This document shows positions 1 to 10,200 of a stretch of 39,472 nt of DNA, one piece after another. The position numbers were made by a program, and so were the translations under genes. Positions within the stretch are counted from its first letter, which is position 1. Each line of letters starts with the position of its first letter. Under the pieces are notes generated by a model. The model ran no database searches, was not told where the DNA came from, and saw only the letters and a program-made list of their open reading frames with translations. The DNA is from a virus. Lineage: Duplodnaviria > Caudoviricetes. The stretch lies in IMG/VR virus record IMGVR_UViG_3300020042_007964, positions 1-39,472 of that record. One strand, written 5' to 3'.

Positions 1-163
1 TTAAAGTCAAAGGAAATTGTCCTTTTTTATCTATCAATTTTGGAGTCTCTTCGCTTCTATAAGCTGACTCACTAAGAATCCTAGGAAGCTCTTGTCTTAT
101 TATTTTAGTGACTTCTTCCCTTATAATCTGTCTTAAAAGCTCATTTGCGCTCTTCTTTTCCAT
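1..163 (-). CDS. Hypothetical protein, N-terminal part (runs off the left edge)
   Basis: Manual translation from ATG at 163: MEKKSANELLRQIIREEVTKIIRQELPRILSESAYRSEETPKLIDKKGQFPLTL..., open to position 1. ATATTTAT motif lies 5 nt upstream. Confidence 0.8.
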   Translation of the reverse strand, partial: MEKKSANELLRQIIREEVTKIIRQELPRILSESAYRSEETPKLIDKKGQFPLTL

Positions 164-168
164 ATAGT

Positions 169-176
169 ATAAATAT
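169..176 (-). promoter_or_regulatory. Putative late promoter ATATTTAT
   Basis: ATAAATAT on + strand at the gene junction. The same octamer recurs at many gene starts. Confidence 0.65.
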
Positions 177-2209
177 TATTGGCCTTGTTTTTTTAACTTA
201 TCTATTTCTTGTTGTTTTTCTTTTATCTTAATTATCGTAGTAGCTTTAAATATTGGACTAGGATTAGCGATCATTGCTGTAACTAAGTCTTTCTTTTCTG
301 ATTCTAGCTGATCAATCTTTAATTTATTATTTTCGTTTTCTTTTTGTTTTATGATCTTATCAGTAAATCTTCCATTAGAATCTTGAGCTTTAAGATCAGT
401 GGCTAATTTTTGATTATTAGCGATCATTACTTTTCTCATTCTTTCTCTTAGTTTCTTTCCTCCTGGTAATTTATTCATGAAAGCATTAAGTCCAAGTCCG
501 TCATTTTCATTTTCATTATCTGGAGAATCTAATCCACTATTAAAGTTAATATTTTCTAGATCGTTTAAATCTATATCATCATCCATTAAGAATCTAAGAG
601 ACTCAGATATAGTATTTAATTCTGAAGGAGTTAATCCTGCTACATAAGACTTTACAAATCCTTTAGATGCAAGTTGAATTTTAACTTCATTAATTATTAT
701 TTGATTATCAGAAGCAAAAGTAGGAGTAGATTGAGCTACTAAAGTTCCATTTGCTGCTAATGCTACACCGTAACGTCTTCTAAGACTTATCGCGTCGTCT
801 ACTACTTCTTCTGTTACTATTTGTATTGTGTAATCTCCAAAAGAAGCGCTATCTGTATTCTTTTTTTCATTGTAATTAGTAACAAATTTTTCAAAATATT
901 GAACTGTATTTACTAATCCATCTCTAGAATCTTGAAGTTGCTTTATTATGTCAGGATCTACGTTATTGCATGATTCAAGTCCAACTAGCATTCTGTCTAT
1001 CTTTGCTATGATATCAGATAATATAAGAGACACTTCTGAAACAAGTCCAATACACAAAGAAAGAAGAACGTTAATTTGACCTAGCCTATCTAATAACTTT
1101 GATAGTGATCCTTTTATATTTTCATTAGTATCGGATAAGGTTATAGTAAGTCCTAGAATTGTAAATTGATTAGGTATTGCTAAGGCTTTTAAGAATTTAC
1201 CAATTGTTTTAAAAACTTTTATTAATAGCGTAGCAATAGTTATTATGAATTGACCAAACGATATAAATGAAACAAATACATTACAAACTGATTGAACTTT
1301 TTTTAGACTTTCTGCTATATTTTTCAATAATGGCATTAATCTAGCTGGATCAATTATTTTTTCTAGTTTATTTATTTGGTCCTGTATATTAGCATTTGGA
1401 AATACTGAATCTACAAATCCTATAGCACTAGCGGGCGTATTTAAACCTTGAATTAAGATAGAGTATTCTCGTACTTTATCTACTAAATTAATCAGTTTCT
1501 GTATTTCTTCTACAGGAATTTGCCTATAGTCAGTATATTTGTTAAAGTCTGCAAAAGCTTTTTCAAGAAAATTATTTACTGCTCCTATTTGAGGGAAAGT
1601 TTGTATAAGTCTAGGATCACGTAATGCGTTATCATCTCCTGGAGTATTAATTTCAGCAAACGCATCTTTTATATCATTGATAATTACATATACTCCTTTG
1701 GCTTTAGTTTCTGTATTTGAAGTGTCTAGGTAACTAGAATTAAATCCATCAATCTTTTTTTGTACTGTAAAAGCTTTATTTTGAAGATTCCATTTAGCTA
1801 CTTCTAAAGGATTGGATGTGGGTTTATTTTCTGGATCGAATGGCTTAGATCCAGGAACTTTTTGATTCGCTAAATTAAGTATATTACAAAGATCTATTTC
1901 AGATAGATCATTTAAAACTGGTACTACTCCTCTATCTAAAGCTTTTTTTAGTTTATTGGTTCCATCATAAGAAAACTTACCATAAAATAATTTGTCTATA
2001 GCAAACTGCGCTTTTATTATTCCGTCTCCTGCTATGAATATCGCTTTTTCTAATCCCGTAGCGGTAGTTTGACCTTCGGCTAATCCAAAAGTTTCTCTAG
2101 TAGAAGTTTTAGTTTTATTTTTAATAGCATCTAAATTCTTTTTTCTAGTCGCTTCTACTTTAGCTTCGCGTTCTACTTTTTTTGCTTGTATTTCTTCTTT
2201 TGATGCCAT
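176..2209 (-). CDS. Hypothetical protein with central hydrophobic/helical region, possibly virion baseplate-associated
   Basis: 677-aa ORF coupled (TAATG) to the upstream baseplate-like gene. Hydrophobic stretch VFVSFISFGQFIITIATLLIKVF. No family recognised. Confidence 0.6.
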   Translation of the reverse strand: MASKEEIQAKKVEREAKVEATRKKNLDAIKNKTKTSTRETFGLAEGQTTATGLEKAIFIAGDGIIKAQFAIDKLFYGKFSYDGTNKLKKALDRGVVPVLNDLSEIDLCNILNLANQKVPGSKPFDPENKPTSNPLEVAKWNLQNKAFTVQKKIDGFNSSYLDTSNTETKAKGVYVIINDIKDAFAEINTPGDDNALRDPRLIQTFPQIGAVNNFLEKAFADFNKYTDYRQIPVEEIQKLINLVDKVREYSILIQGLNTPASAIGFVDSVFPNANIQDQINKLEKIIDPARLMPLLKNIAESLKKVQSVCNVFVSFISFGQFIITIATLLIKVFKTIGKFLKALAIPNQFTILGLTITLSDTNENIKGSLSKLLDRLGQINVLLSLCIGLVSEVSLILSDIIAKIDRMLVGLESCNNVDPDIIKQLQDSRDGLVNTVQYFEKFVTNYNEKKNTDSASFGDYTIQIVTEEVVDDAISLRRRYGVALAANGTLVAQSTPTFASDNQIIINEVKIQLASKGFVKSYVAGLTPSELNTISESLRFLMDDDIDLNDLENINFNSGLDSPDNENENDGLGLNAFMNKLPGGKKLRERMRKVMIANNQKLATDLKAQDSNGRFTDKIIKQKENENNKLKIDQLESEKKDLVTAMIANPSPIFKATTIIKIKEKQQEIDKLKKQGQ

Positions 2210-3435
2210 TACTTAAGATTAACGATTTTTGAAAGATGTAATCCACTGTCTAAGTAACTTATCATATTTCGAGTAGCCTCTGTTATTTTATTTCCAGCTA
2301 TTTTTACGTTTGCGGCAGTAGCTCCAGGATTACTTGTAGAAGCTCCTAAAAGACTATTTCCAGCAGACTCAATAAGTTGTAACATTCTTATTAATTGATC
2401 TGTAAATGCATCTCCAAGCATAGCAGATTCAGTAACAAACTCATCTCCAAGAGAGATCTTAGGAGAATTGACTATTACATTTTCAGAAGAGTATATGTTA
2501 ACTGGTTTTATAGCTGATATTCCTATTTCTTGTTTTGAGTAGAGTAGAACATTTTCTTTTTTGGAATAAAGCATTACTCTATCTGAACATACTATAGCCT
2601 GATTTCCTTTGTATGGAAATTCGTATTTAGCCGACTTTATTTCAGATATCGAAAGAGTATTTAAAACTTGACCAGACGTAAGATATATAGACGAATCGTC
2701 TCTACTTATATCTTCAATAGTGGTTACAAACTTATCTGCATTTTGTGCTGATGGTCTTCCTTGACCATTAATTATTATAGTTATAGGTTTTCCATTAGAA
2801 TCCCTATTTGTAGACCATGTGTTTTTAGTCGATCTTATTATATTAGAACTTCCAAATCTTATTGATTGTCCAAATCTACCTTCTATTAAAGTATCTCCTT
2901 CAAAAGGTGTGAGTGACCTGACTTTGTCATTCTCTTGAAAAGAAACGCCTAATGGTAATTTAGTTTGAGAAATATCAGCTGATCCTTGATATCCTGGCTG
3001 CTGATATTGATACTTTAAGAACTCAGAATACTGATCCATATTAGGAAATGCATTATGATTAACAGCATTCCATACGCCAAAGGGAGGAAAGTAAAAAAGC
3101 TTTTGATTCTTATAGTTATCATTTAATCCATCAGAAGGTCCAGATACAATATAGACTATCTCATTTATTAAAGGATACTGTCGAATAAAAGAAAAAATAG
3201 GCCAAGCGCTTTTAGAAACTTTGTTTGCTTTGACCATATTAAGTCCAGTGTAAAGTATCTCGAAATCTATTTTACCGAGATCTCCATCATTAGTCCAATC
3301 AGGATTTTTAGTCTTATTGTCATCTAAGTATTCACCAAGAACAATACTAGTAACACGACCAATAATAAAATATTGACCTCCTGATTTACCCATTCCTCCT
3401 TCAGGAGAAGATCCAAATATATTATTGCTAGCCAT
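2209..3435 (-). CDS. Putative baseplate hub/spike protein (T4 gp5-like OB-fold N-terminus and beta-rich C-terminus)
   Basis: 408 aa. GRVTSIV...YPLINEIVYIV resembles the gp5 OB-fold. FEGDTLIEGRFGQSIRFG and beta-strand-rich C-terminus resemble gp5/VgrG-type spikes. Confidence 0.55.
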   Translation of the reverse strand: MASNNIFGSSPEGGMGKSGGQYFIIGRVTSIVLGEYLDDNKTKNPDWTNDGDLGKIDFEILYTGLNMVKANKVSKSAWPIFSFIRQYPLINEIVYIVSGPSDGLNDNYKNQKLFYFPPFGVWNAVNHNAFPNMDQYSEFLKYQYQQPGYQGSADISQTKLPLGVSFQENDKVRSLTPFEGDTLIEGRFGQSIRFGSSNIIRSTKNTWSTNRDSNGKPITIIINGQGRPSAQNADKFVTTIEDISRDDSSIYLTSGQVLNTLSISEIKSAKYEFPYKGNQAIVCSDRVMLYSKKENVLLYSKQEIGISAIKPVNIYSSENVIVNSPKISLGDEFVTESAMLGDAFTDQLIRMLQLIESAGNSLLGASTSNPGATAANVKIAGNKITEATRNMISYLDSGLHLSKIVNLK

Positions 3436-3815
3436 TATTTAATTTCCCCTTCCTCTGTTATTTGAGGAGTTGAATTATTAGAAACTGTGTAAGTAGAAAC
3501 TTCGTTAAACAATTGCGCGATATCTTTTTCAGTTAATAAACTCGCATCTGATTCTCCAGCTGCTTTTCTTTCTTCTTGTTTTTGAAATATTTGTAGCATC
3601 TTCATTAGCACTTCATCATTCTTTAAGCTAGAATCAAAGTATCCTTTTAGCATAGGCACAATAACGATAGCGTCACCAGGACTTTCTACCATATCTGCAA
3701 GCTGATTAATTCTTGTTTTTAGTGCTGAATCTTGTTCTTTATGTTTTTCGTAGATCTCTTTTGCGAGATCAGAAACAGTTTTACCTTCAAATATTTCTTT
3801 ATTTTGCTGTTCCAT
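3435..3815 (-). CDS. Helical hypothetical protein (small terminase candidate, unproven)
   Basis: 126-aa all-helical-looking ORF directly behind an ATATTTAT motif. Confidence 0.5.
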   Translation of the reverse strand: MEQQNKEIFEGKTVSDLAKEIYEKHKEQDSALKTRINQLADMVESPGDAIVIVPMLKGYFDSSLKNDEVLMKMLQIFQKQEERKAAGESDASLLTEKDIAQLFNEVSTYTVSNNSTPQITEEGEIK

Positions 3816-3832
3816 TTATATAGACTTTAAAT

Positions 3833-3840
3833 ATAAATAT
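3833..3840 (-). promoter_or_regulatory. Putative late promoter ATATTTAT
   Basis: ATAAATAT on + strand in the gap upstream of the ORF starting at 3815. Confidence 0.65.
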
Positions 3841-4589
3841 CAATAGTCTACATTCTCAATATACTTATTAAGAATGTTGATGTACAATACTTTAATCTTC
3901 TTAATAACTTTTGTGATTGTATTAGATTGAGCATCTGTCATCTCTTTTATATAGATAAACAATGCCTTTTTATTGAATATTTCTATGTTGTCTCTTTTTT
4001 TGAATATTTCAAGTATTGCGTAGGCTACTTTAATTTCTTCTGCCTTATCAAATATAGTAGTTAATTTTGAATCAAGTTCTTTAATAAGAATATTCGTAAT
4101 CTTAGAACGATCTGGTTCTTTCTCATCTTTTATAGTTACTGCGTCTCTATAGTTATCATCATCTTCTTCTCTAGTAGGAATATCTACTTTATTAACTAGC
4201 TTTTTATAGTTCTTTTGATTATAGATAATAAGATATCTTTTAGCTATTGTTCCAAAATAAGAATAAGCTTTACCTTTTGATTGATCATATAGATCTAACT
4301 TTTGTAAAATAAACGAAACTACTTCATACTTTAGGTCTTCAATCTTATCTACTTCTGTGTAATAAAACTTAAAAGTGTGAATGATATTTTCAGCCAGCTT
4401 ATAAAAGCCAAAATGAATTCTTTGATTATAGATTCTATTTCTTTCAGCTTGATCAGTACTTGCTCTATACTCTAGAATTGCCTCTTCAGTCTCTTCTGTA
4501 AAGTAATTATTTTTTGTCTTCGGCTTTCTTTTTCTTGGTTTTCCTTTCTTAGTTAGCTCAACATCTACAATTTCTATTGTTTCTTCCAT
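3840..4589 (-). CDS. gp55: Phage sigma factor for late transcription (T4 gp55-like)
   Basis: NNYFTEETEEAILEY N-terminal motif and region-2-like YDQSKGKAYSYFGTIAKRYLI, paralleling the gp55-family AYFTQI motif. No obvious region 4. Confidence 0.7.
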   Translation of the reverse strand: MEETIEIVDVELTKKGKPRKRKPKTKNNYFTEETEEAILEYRASTDQAERNRIYNQRIHFGFYKLAENIIHTFKFYYTEVDKIEDLKYEVVSFILQKLDLYDQSKGKAYSYFGTIAKRYLIIYNQKNYKKLVNKVDIPTREEDDDNYRDAVTIKDEKEPDRSKITNILIKELDSKLTTIFDKAEEIKVAYAILEIFKKRDNIEIFNKKALFIYIKEMTDAQSNTITKVIKKIKVLYINILNKYIENVDY

Positions 4590-4593
4590 GCTA

Positions 4594-4866
4594 TTATCGG
4601 TTATCAGTATATTGTTTCATTGTGGATTGCAGTGATTTTATTTCTTCCATAAGTCCTAAAAACTCAGGATCAGATTGTACCCACATAGTTTTATCTATCT
4701 TATCAGCTAAAAGATCGATCTGTTTGTAGTTAGCTATACAGTCGTTTATGAACATTTGTTGATCTATTACGATTCTTTCTAGCTTTTTATTTTTTTGAAA
4801 CAAATTGAATATTACATATCCAAGTACTGTTAATACCCATAAGGATATTGCGATTGTTGTTACCAT
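4594..4866 (-). CDS. Small membrane-anchored hypothetical protein
   Basis: 90 aa with N-terminal TM helix (IAISLWVLTVLGYVIFNLF) followed by a basic patch and coiled coil. Confidence 0.7.
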   Translation of the reverse strand: MVTTIAISLWVLTVLGYVIFNLFQKNKKLERIVIDQQMFINDCIANYKQIDLLADKIDKTMWVQSDPEFLGLMEEIKSLQSTMKQYTDNR

Positions 4867-4870
4867 TATT

Positions 4871-5506
4871 TTAGTTTATTTGTGATTCTATATTTGCTGC
4901 CATTAGATCTGCCTGGTGAAGTACATGAACTAGATTTGTTTTTATTGCGAACTCTTTTCCATAAGACATATAATAGGCTTTATTTGCCTCTTCATAAAGA
5001 CCATCATGAAGTTTTATTGCAAGAAATTCATTTTCATTAACTGGTATCCCCGCTTCTTGTAGATAGTATAGGCTACGATCAGCGATCCTCATATGTGTCA
5101 TATCAGCATTGTACTTATAATAAGCTCCTTGCTTCTCTATGTGCCATTGGGAATCGTTGGGAAGATAGAATGGTTGATCATTTGTTCCTAGCTTTCCTAA
5201 ATCATGATTAATAGCTGAAAACACTAATTCTTCAATAGTGTAATTCTTAATCTGTCCCATCTTATCCCAAACTCTATCTACAATTAAAGCTCCTTCAGTT
5301 ACTCTGAGAACATGATCGATATATCCACCAACAAAACAGTTGTGATGAGCAACCTTAGAAGACGCAGGAGAAAGCGTTAATGTCTCTTCTCTATTAGAAT
5401 AAAATTGCTTTAATTTACTTTTTCTTGGTTCAGAAATATACTGATCAATATATCCATAAAAAGTCTCGAGCTTCGATTGAAGTTCTTCAGCAGTTAATTT
5501 TTTCAT
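4871..5506 (-). CDS. HD-domain metal-dependent phosphohydrolase (YhaM/TraI_2-like)
   Basis: PASSKVAHHN...GGYIDH, NHDLGK, HDG and LHQAD motifs. Confidence 0.85.
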   Translation of the reverse strand: MKKLTAEELQSKLETFYGYIDQYISEPRKSKLKQFYSNREETLTLSPASSKVAHHNCFVGGYIDHVLRVTEGALIVDRVWDKMGQIKNYTIEELVFSAINHDLGKLGTNDQPFYLPNDSQWHIEKQGAYYKYNADMTHMRIADRSLYYLQEAGIPVNENEFLAIKLHDGLYEEANKAYYMSYGKEFAIKTNLVHVLHQADLMAANIESQIN

Positions 5507-5518
5507 AAACTTATTTTG

Positions 5519-5839
5519 TTAAATGTACACCTTTTTTATTTCAGAGATGAATTTATCTTCAGAGTCCACAGGAATTCTTCTAGTTACAGTATTCGTGCCT
5601 CCAGTAGATCTACCATCACATAAATGAATCATAGTTGTTGATCCTTTCTTTTTTACTACAGCCATTGGATACTTACCACAGTCTACTTTATCTTCTAGTG
5701 TGTCGCACTTCTTGTTTTCAGAAGAAGAGCAATCTATTTCTTCATAAGCTATTTCATCAGCTTGTAGAATATACTTAATTCTAGAACACTTATCGCATCC
5801 CTTAAGAACGTAAAGTTCAACTTTAATCTTGTTTTCCAT
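5519..5839 (-). CDS. Glutaredoxin/thioredoxin-fold protein
   Basis: VELYVLKGCDKC (CxxC), YEEID and YP motifs. 106 aa. Confidence 0.75.
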   Translation of the reverse strand: MENKIKVELYVLKGCDKCSRIKYILQADEIAYEEIDCSSSENKKCDTLEDKVDCGKYPMAVVKKKGSTTMIHLCDGRSTGGTNTVTRRIPVDSEDKFISEIKKVYI

Positions 5840-5993
5840 ATTCTGGGTCTATTTTTTCCATAATGTAATTCCAATATAGTTTCTCGCTGTCTTGCATTTC
5901 ATCATAATGCATTGCTAGATAGATATATATTGCCTGTATTTGTTCGTCTGTAAGTTCTAATGATGCTATTTCTAATTCTTCTTGTTGTTGCAT
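5823..5993 (-). CDS. Small acidic hypothetical protein (56 aa, missing from ORF track)
   Basis: Manual translation MQQQEELEIASLELTDEQIQAIYIYLAMHYDEMQDSEKLYWNYIMEKIDPEYGKQD*. Overlaps the start of the glutaredoxin gene. Confidence 0.65.
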   Translation of the reverse strand: MQQQEELEIASLELTDEQIQAIYIYLAMHYDEMQDSEKLYWNYIMEKIDPEYGKQD

Positions 5994-6059
5994 AATGATT
6001 TTTTAGAGTGTTGCTCTATTTTTTGGTGACACTACTTTCATTTCTTGTTTATGGTTAGA

Positions 6060-6242
6060 GAGCTCTAGCGGATTTACACCGTCGGATTCTACCGATATTC
6101 TTCTCCAACTTTTATTAAGATCTTCTTTTTATATACCTGAGGAATATTCTGTCTCCCCTGGTAGTCGATTACACTCCTATACGCTATTTCACTCGTTTCT
6201 GGATTCACACCAGGCTACTGCGTAGCAGACAGGATCGACGTT
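6060..6242 (-). ncRNA. Candidate structured non-coding RNA or origin-associated element
   Basis: GC-richer than its flanks, no credible ORF. Several complementary segments and three similar GG-U..AAU-CC hairpins when read on the minus strand. Confidence 0.45.
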
Positions 6243-6322
6243 AATCTTTTGCAATATACTAATAATAAATGAAACAAAAAAATATTTTTACACATTTATT
6301 TTATTTATTCGTATTTTTTATG

Positions 6323-6330
6323 TATATTTG
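6323..6330 (+). promoter_or_regulatory. Bacteroidota-type housekeeping -7 promoter element (TAnnTTTG)
   Basis: TATATTTG ending 5 nt before the primase ATG, in an AT-rich intergenic region. Confidence 0.6.
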
Positions 6331-6335
6331 ATAAT

Positions 6336-7265
6336 ATGAACAATGAAAGTCTTATTATAGGAGTACTAGAGTCTGTTCTTGGCAAGAGTAAACCGTTTCC
6401 CAAAACAAAAGATTACGCATTTTACTGTCCTATTTGCAATCATAAGAATCCTAAGCTTATCGTTAACGCAAAGTCTGGTAAGTATAACTGCTTTACTTGT
6501 CACCCAGCTACAAAGGGTCAATCACCGATTACATTACTGAAAAAGATCGGAGCTCCAAGCGAGACCGTAGTAGAGATGAAGGGATACTTAGGTTATCTTA
6601 CAAAAGCCGAAGATCATATATCAACATCAGTTAATCTTCCAAAAGAATTTATTAGTCTATTAGAAAATGAAGAGTCTTTAGAGAAGAGACATGCAATAGC
6701 ATATATAAAATCTAGAGGAATTACCGAAAACGATATTATAAAGTACAATATTGGCTATTGTAAGAATGGAAAGTATAGAAATAGAATCATTCTTCCTTCA
6801 TATAATAAGAAAGGCATGATTAATTATTTTCTAGCGAGATCTTTCGAAAAGAACCCAGTTAAAAAGTTCGATGCTCCAATCTGTAATAAAACAGAGATCA
6901 TTGGTCTTGAAAACACTATTAATTGGGCAGTACCAGTAATACTTTGTGAAGGTATATTCGATGCTATAGCCATAAAAAGAAATGCAATACCGTTATTCGG
7001 TAAAACAATACCAAAGGCATTAATGCTTAAACTTGTAGAATCTCAAGTAAAAACTGTTTATTTGGCTCTAGATAAGGATGCATTAAGAGAAGCATTAGAT
7101 TACGCAAAAAGACTTATCGATATAGGTAAAGAAGTTTATCTTATAGAATTACAAGGTAAAGATCCTTCAGACCTAGGATTTGAAAAGGTTACAGAATTAC
7201 TTCACATAGCAAAACCATTGACTTTCTCTGATTTGCTTTTAAAAAAGATGCAATTAGTCGCATGA
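6336..7265 (+). CDS. dnaG: DNA primase (Zn finger + TOPRIM)
   Basis: CPIC-H...CFTC zinc finger, YIKSRGI, NRIILP, TOPRIM ILCEGIFDA and LALDKD, KDPSD. Confidence 0.92.
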   Translation: MNNESLIIGVLESVLGKSKPFPKTKDYAFYCPICNHKNPKLIVNAKSGKYNCFTCHPATKGQSPITLLKKIGAPSETVVEMKGYLGYLTKAEDHISTSVNLPKEFISLLENEESLEKRHAIAYIKSRGITENDIIKYNIGYCKNGKYRNRIILPSYNKKGMINYFLARSFEKNPVKKFDAPICNKTEIIGLENTINWAVPVILCEGIFDAIAIKRNAIPLFGKTIPKALMLKLVESQVKTVYLALDKDALREALDYAKRLIDIGKEVYLIELQGKDPSDLGFEKVTELLHIAKPLTFSDLLLKKMQLVA

Positions 7266-10200
7266 TAAAAACGTATTTGAATTTAGACACAATAGAAAAG
7301 ATATATCATATTAGCGATATACACATTAGAAACTTTAAAAGACACGAAGAATACAGAAGAGTATTCGATACCTTAAAGAAAAAGATAGTAGAGACTTCTG
7401 ATGAAAAATCATTAATCTGTTTGACTGGAGACATAGTCCATTCAAAGACAGACGTAACTCCTGAATTAGTGTATCAGGTGCAAGATCTTTTAAAATCTTT
7501 AGCAGACATACGTCCAGTATTACTTATTCCAGGTAACCACGATGCTAACTTAAATAATAATAGTAGAATGGATGCTTTGACTCCTATAGTCGACGCAATA
7601 AACCATCCTAATATTGCTTACGTTAAAGACAGCGAAGTGTTTACGATAGGAAATCTTACTTTTTCCCATTGGTCTGTATTCGATGAAGAGTACACAAAGG
7701 CAAAAGATATTGAAGGAAACTACAAGATATGTCTTTATCACGGTTCTGTACAAAGTGCAGTTACTGAAATAGGTTTTAAACTTGAGGGTGGAAAGATAAA
7801 GACTAGTCACTTTGATGGATTCGATTTAACTTTATTAGGAGATATACATAAGCTTCAATATCTAAATGAAGAAAAGACTATTGCGTATCCTGGATCTTTA
7901 ATCCAACAGAATCACGGAGAAAGCTTAGAGCATGGTATCTTAGTATGGAATGTAAAAGACAAGACTAGTGAATTTGTTGAGATTCCTAATGATACTGCTT
8001 TTTACACTATGTATGTAGACTCAGGAGTAGTTAATCCTCCACTTATAGATCTTGCTAAAAACATGTATCTAAGAGTAAGACACATTAATACAGATCAGAA
8101 TACCCTAAAACAACTGATATCAGAAGTAAAGAAGTCACATAATGTTATTGAGCAGTCTATCCAAAGGATACATAGTATTCAAGAACTATCTAATTATAGC
8201 TCTAAAAATAGTAGACTACTCGATGTAAGAGACGAGCAGCAACAGAACGATCTAATCCAGAAGTTTTTAAGCAAAAAATATAAACTAACTGAAGATCAAA
8301 AACAACACATCAAAGAGATTAACGCGCACATAAATCAGCAGTTACCTAAATTAGAGTCTTCTAGAAACGTTATATGGAATCCTAAGACTTTTGTTTTTGA
8401 AAACATGTTTAGCTATGGTAAAGACAACTCTATAGACTTTACTAATATGAGAGGAACTTATGGCATATTTGCAGCTAACGCTTCAGGCAAGTCTACTTTG
8501 CTAGACGCTTTAAGTTATTGTATATTCGATAAGTGCTCTAAGACTAATAGATCTTCTCAAGTCTTAAATAGTTCATCAAATACATTTTACTGTAAACTAG
8601 ATTTTGAATTAAATGGAGTTAATTACGTCATAGAAAGAGATGGTCTTAGAGAGAAAAACGGCAATGTTAGAGTTAAAGTTAACTTTTATTACACTGATGA
8701 CTTAGGAAATAAGGTCTCCTTAAATGGTAAAGAAAGAAACGATACTAACGCAAGCATACGAGCTGTGCTTGGAAGCTACGAGGACTTCACTCTGACTGCC
8801 CTTAGCGCACAGGGAGCTAATTCTGGATTCATTGATATGAACCAAAAGGACAGAAAAGAGCTGCTCAGTCAGTTCCTGGACATCAATATATTCGAAACTA
8901 TGTTTGACTTTACTAACAACGAGATGAAAGATATCTCCGCAGTAATGAAACAGTATCAAAAGATTGACCATAGTGTAGAAGTACAAAGAATAGACGAACA
9001 AAAGGTCACTATAAATAAAAAGATAGACGAATTAAAGCATCAAAAACATGATCTTGAGTTAGATAGAGATAGTTTAAACAAAAGGATACTCGAGGAGCAC
9101 ATTATGTTACAGACCGTTAGCTCTAGAACAGCTAATGAAGATCAGTTAAAAGCCGAAATAGCTCAACTAAATCAACAATTGGTTAAATCTATATCAGATG
9201 AAGCTGTGTGTGTATTAGATTCTAAGTCTGCAAAAGATGAATTAGATCAATATGAGCAAAATTTATCGCAAATTAACATAGAAGATCTAGATAAACGCCT
9301 ACAACAATATAAGGAGTTAACTAGAGATAAAAATGCTATAACTATTGAGATAAATAAACTTAATATTCATCTTTCCCATCAAAAAGATAAGCTAAACAAG
9401 CTTCAAGAGTTAGAGTACGACGAGAACTGTGCTTATTGCATGAACAACGTATTCGTTAAGGACGCTATTTCTACCAAACAGAGTCACGAAGATCTAGTAA
9501 AGCAGAAAGAAGTACTTGAAATTGACTTAGGTATCGTAGAACAAAGCATAAAAAAGCTTGGTACTGTAGAAGAAGATAAGAAACAACATGACAATTTACT
9601 ACAGAATATCAATAATACTGAAAAGAAGTCGTTAAAATTTGAATCAGACCTTCAAAAAGTTCAAATAGAGCAAACAAAAGTCAAACAAAAGATAAAAGAC
9701 AAAGAGATAGAGCTAGACACTTACAGAAAAGAAAAGAAAAAGATAGAACAAAACATCGAAGTACAAGCTAGGATAGATGCTTATGAACTTGAACATAAGA
9801 CAACTGAAAATAATCTTAAAAAAATCAATGACGATCTAACTGAGAACCTACTAAATGTTAATTCGCTTAGTTCAAAAAGAGATAAGTGCACTAATGATCT
9901 TACTGAACTAGTCAAACTTCAATCAAAGTATGATCTTTATAAAATGTATAGCGAAGCCGTTCATAGAGACGGTGTTCCTCATCAGCTAATATCAGATACT
10001 ATACCTCAAATTCAAGAAGAGATCAATACAATACTTCAACAGCTAGTTGATTTCATGGTAGTTCTTCACCCAGATGATAAAAACATCAATGCCTACATCG
10101 CTTATGACAACGATAGATATTGGCCAATAGAACTTACTTCAGGAATGGAAAAGTTTGTAGCTAGTCTAGCGATTAGATCTTCGCTAATTAATGTTTCTTC

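Noticed and set aside
6069-6213. tRNA genes or a cobalamin riboswitch suggested by T-loop-like hairpins
   Set aside because: No cloverleaf, no GTTCRA and no B12-box could be built. Kept only as an unclassified structured element.
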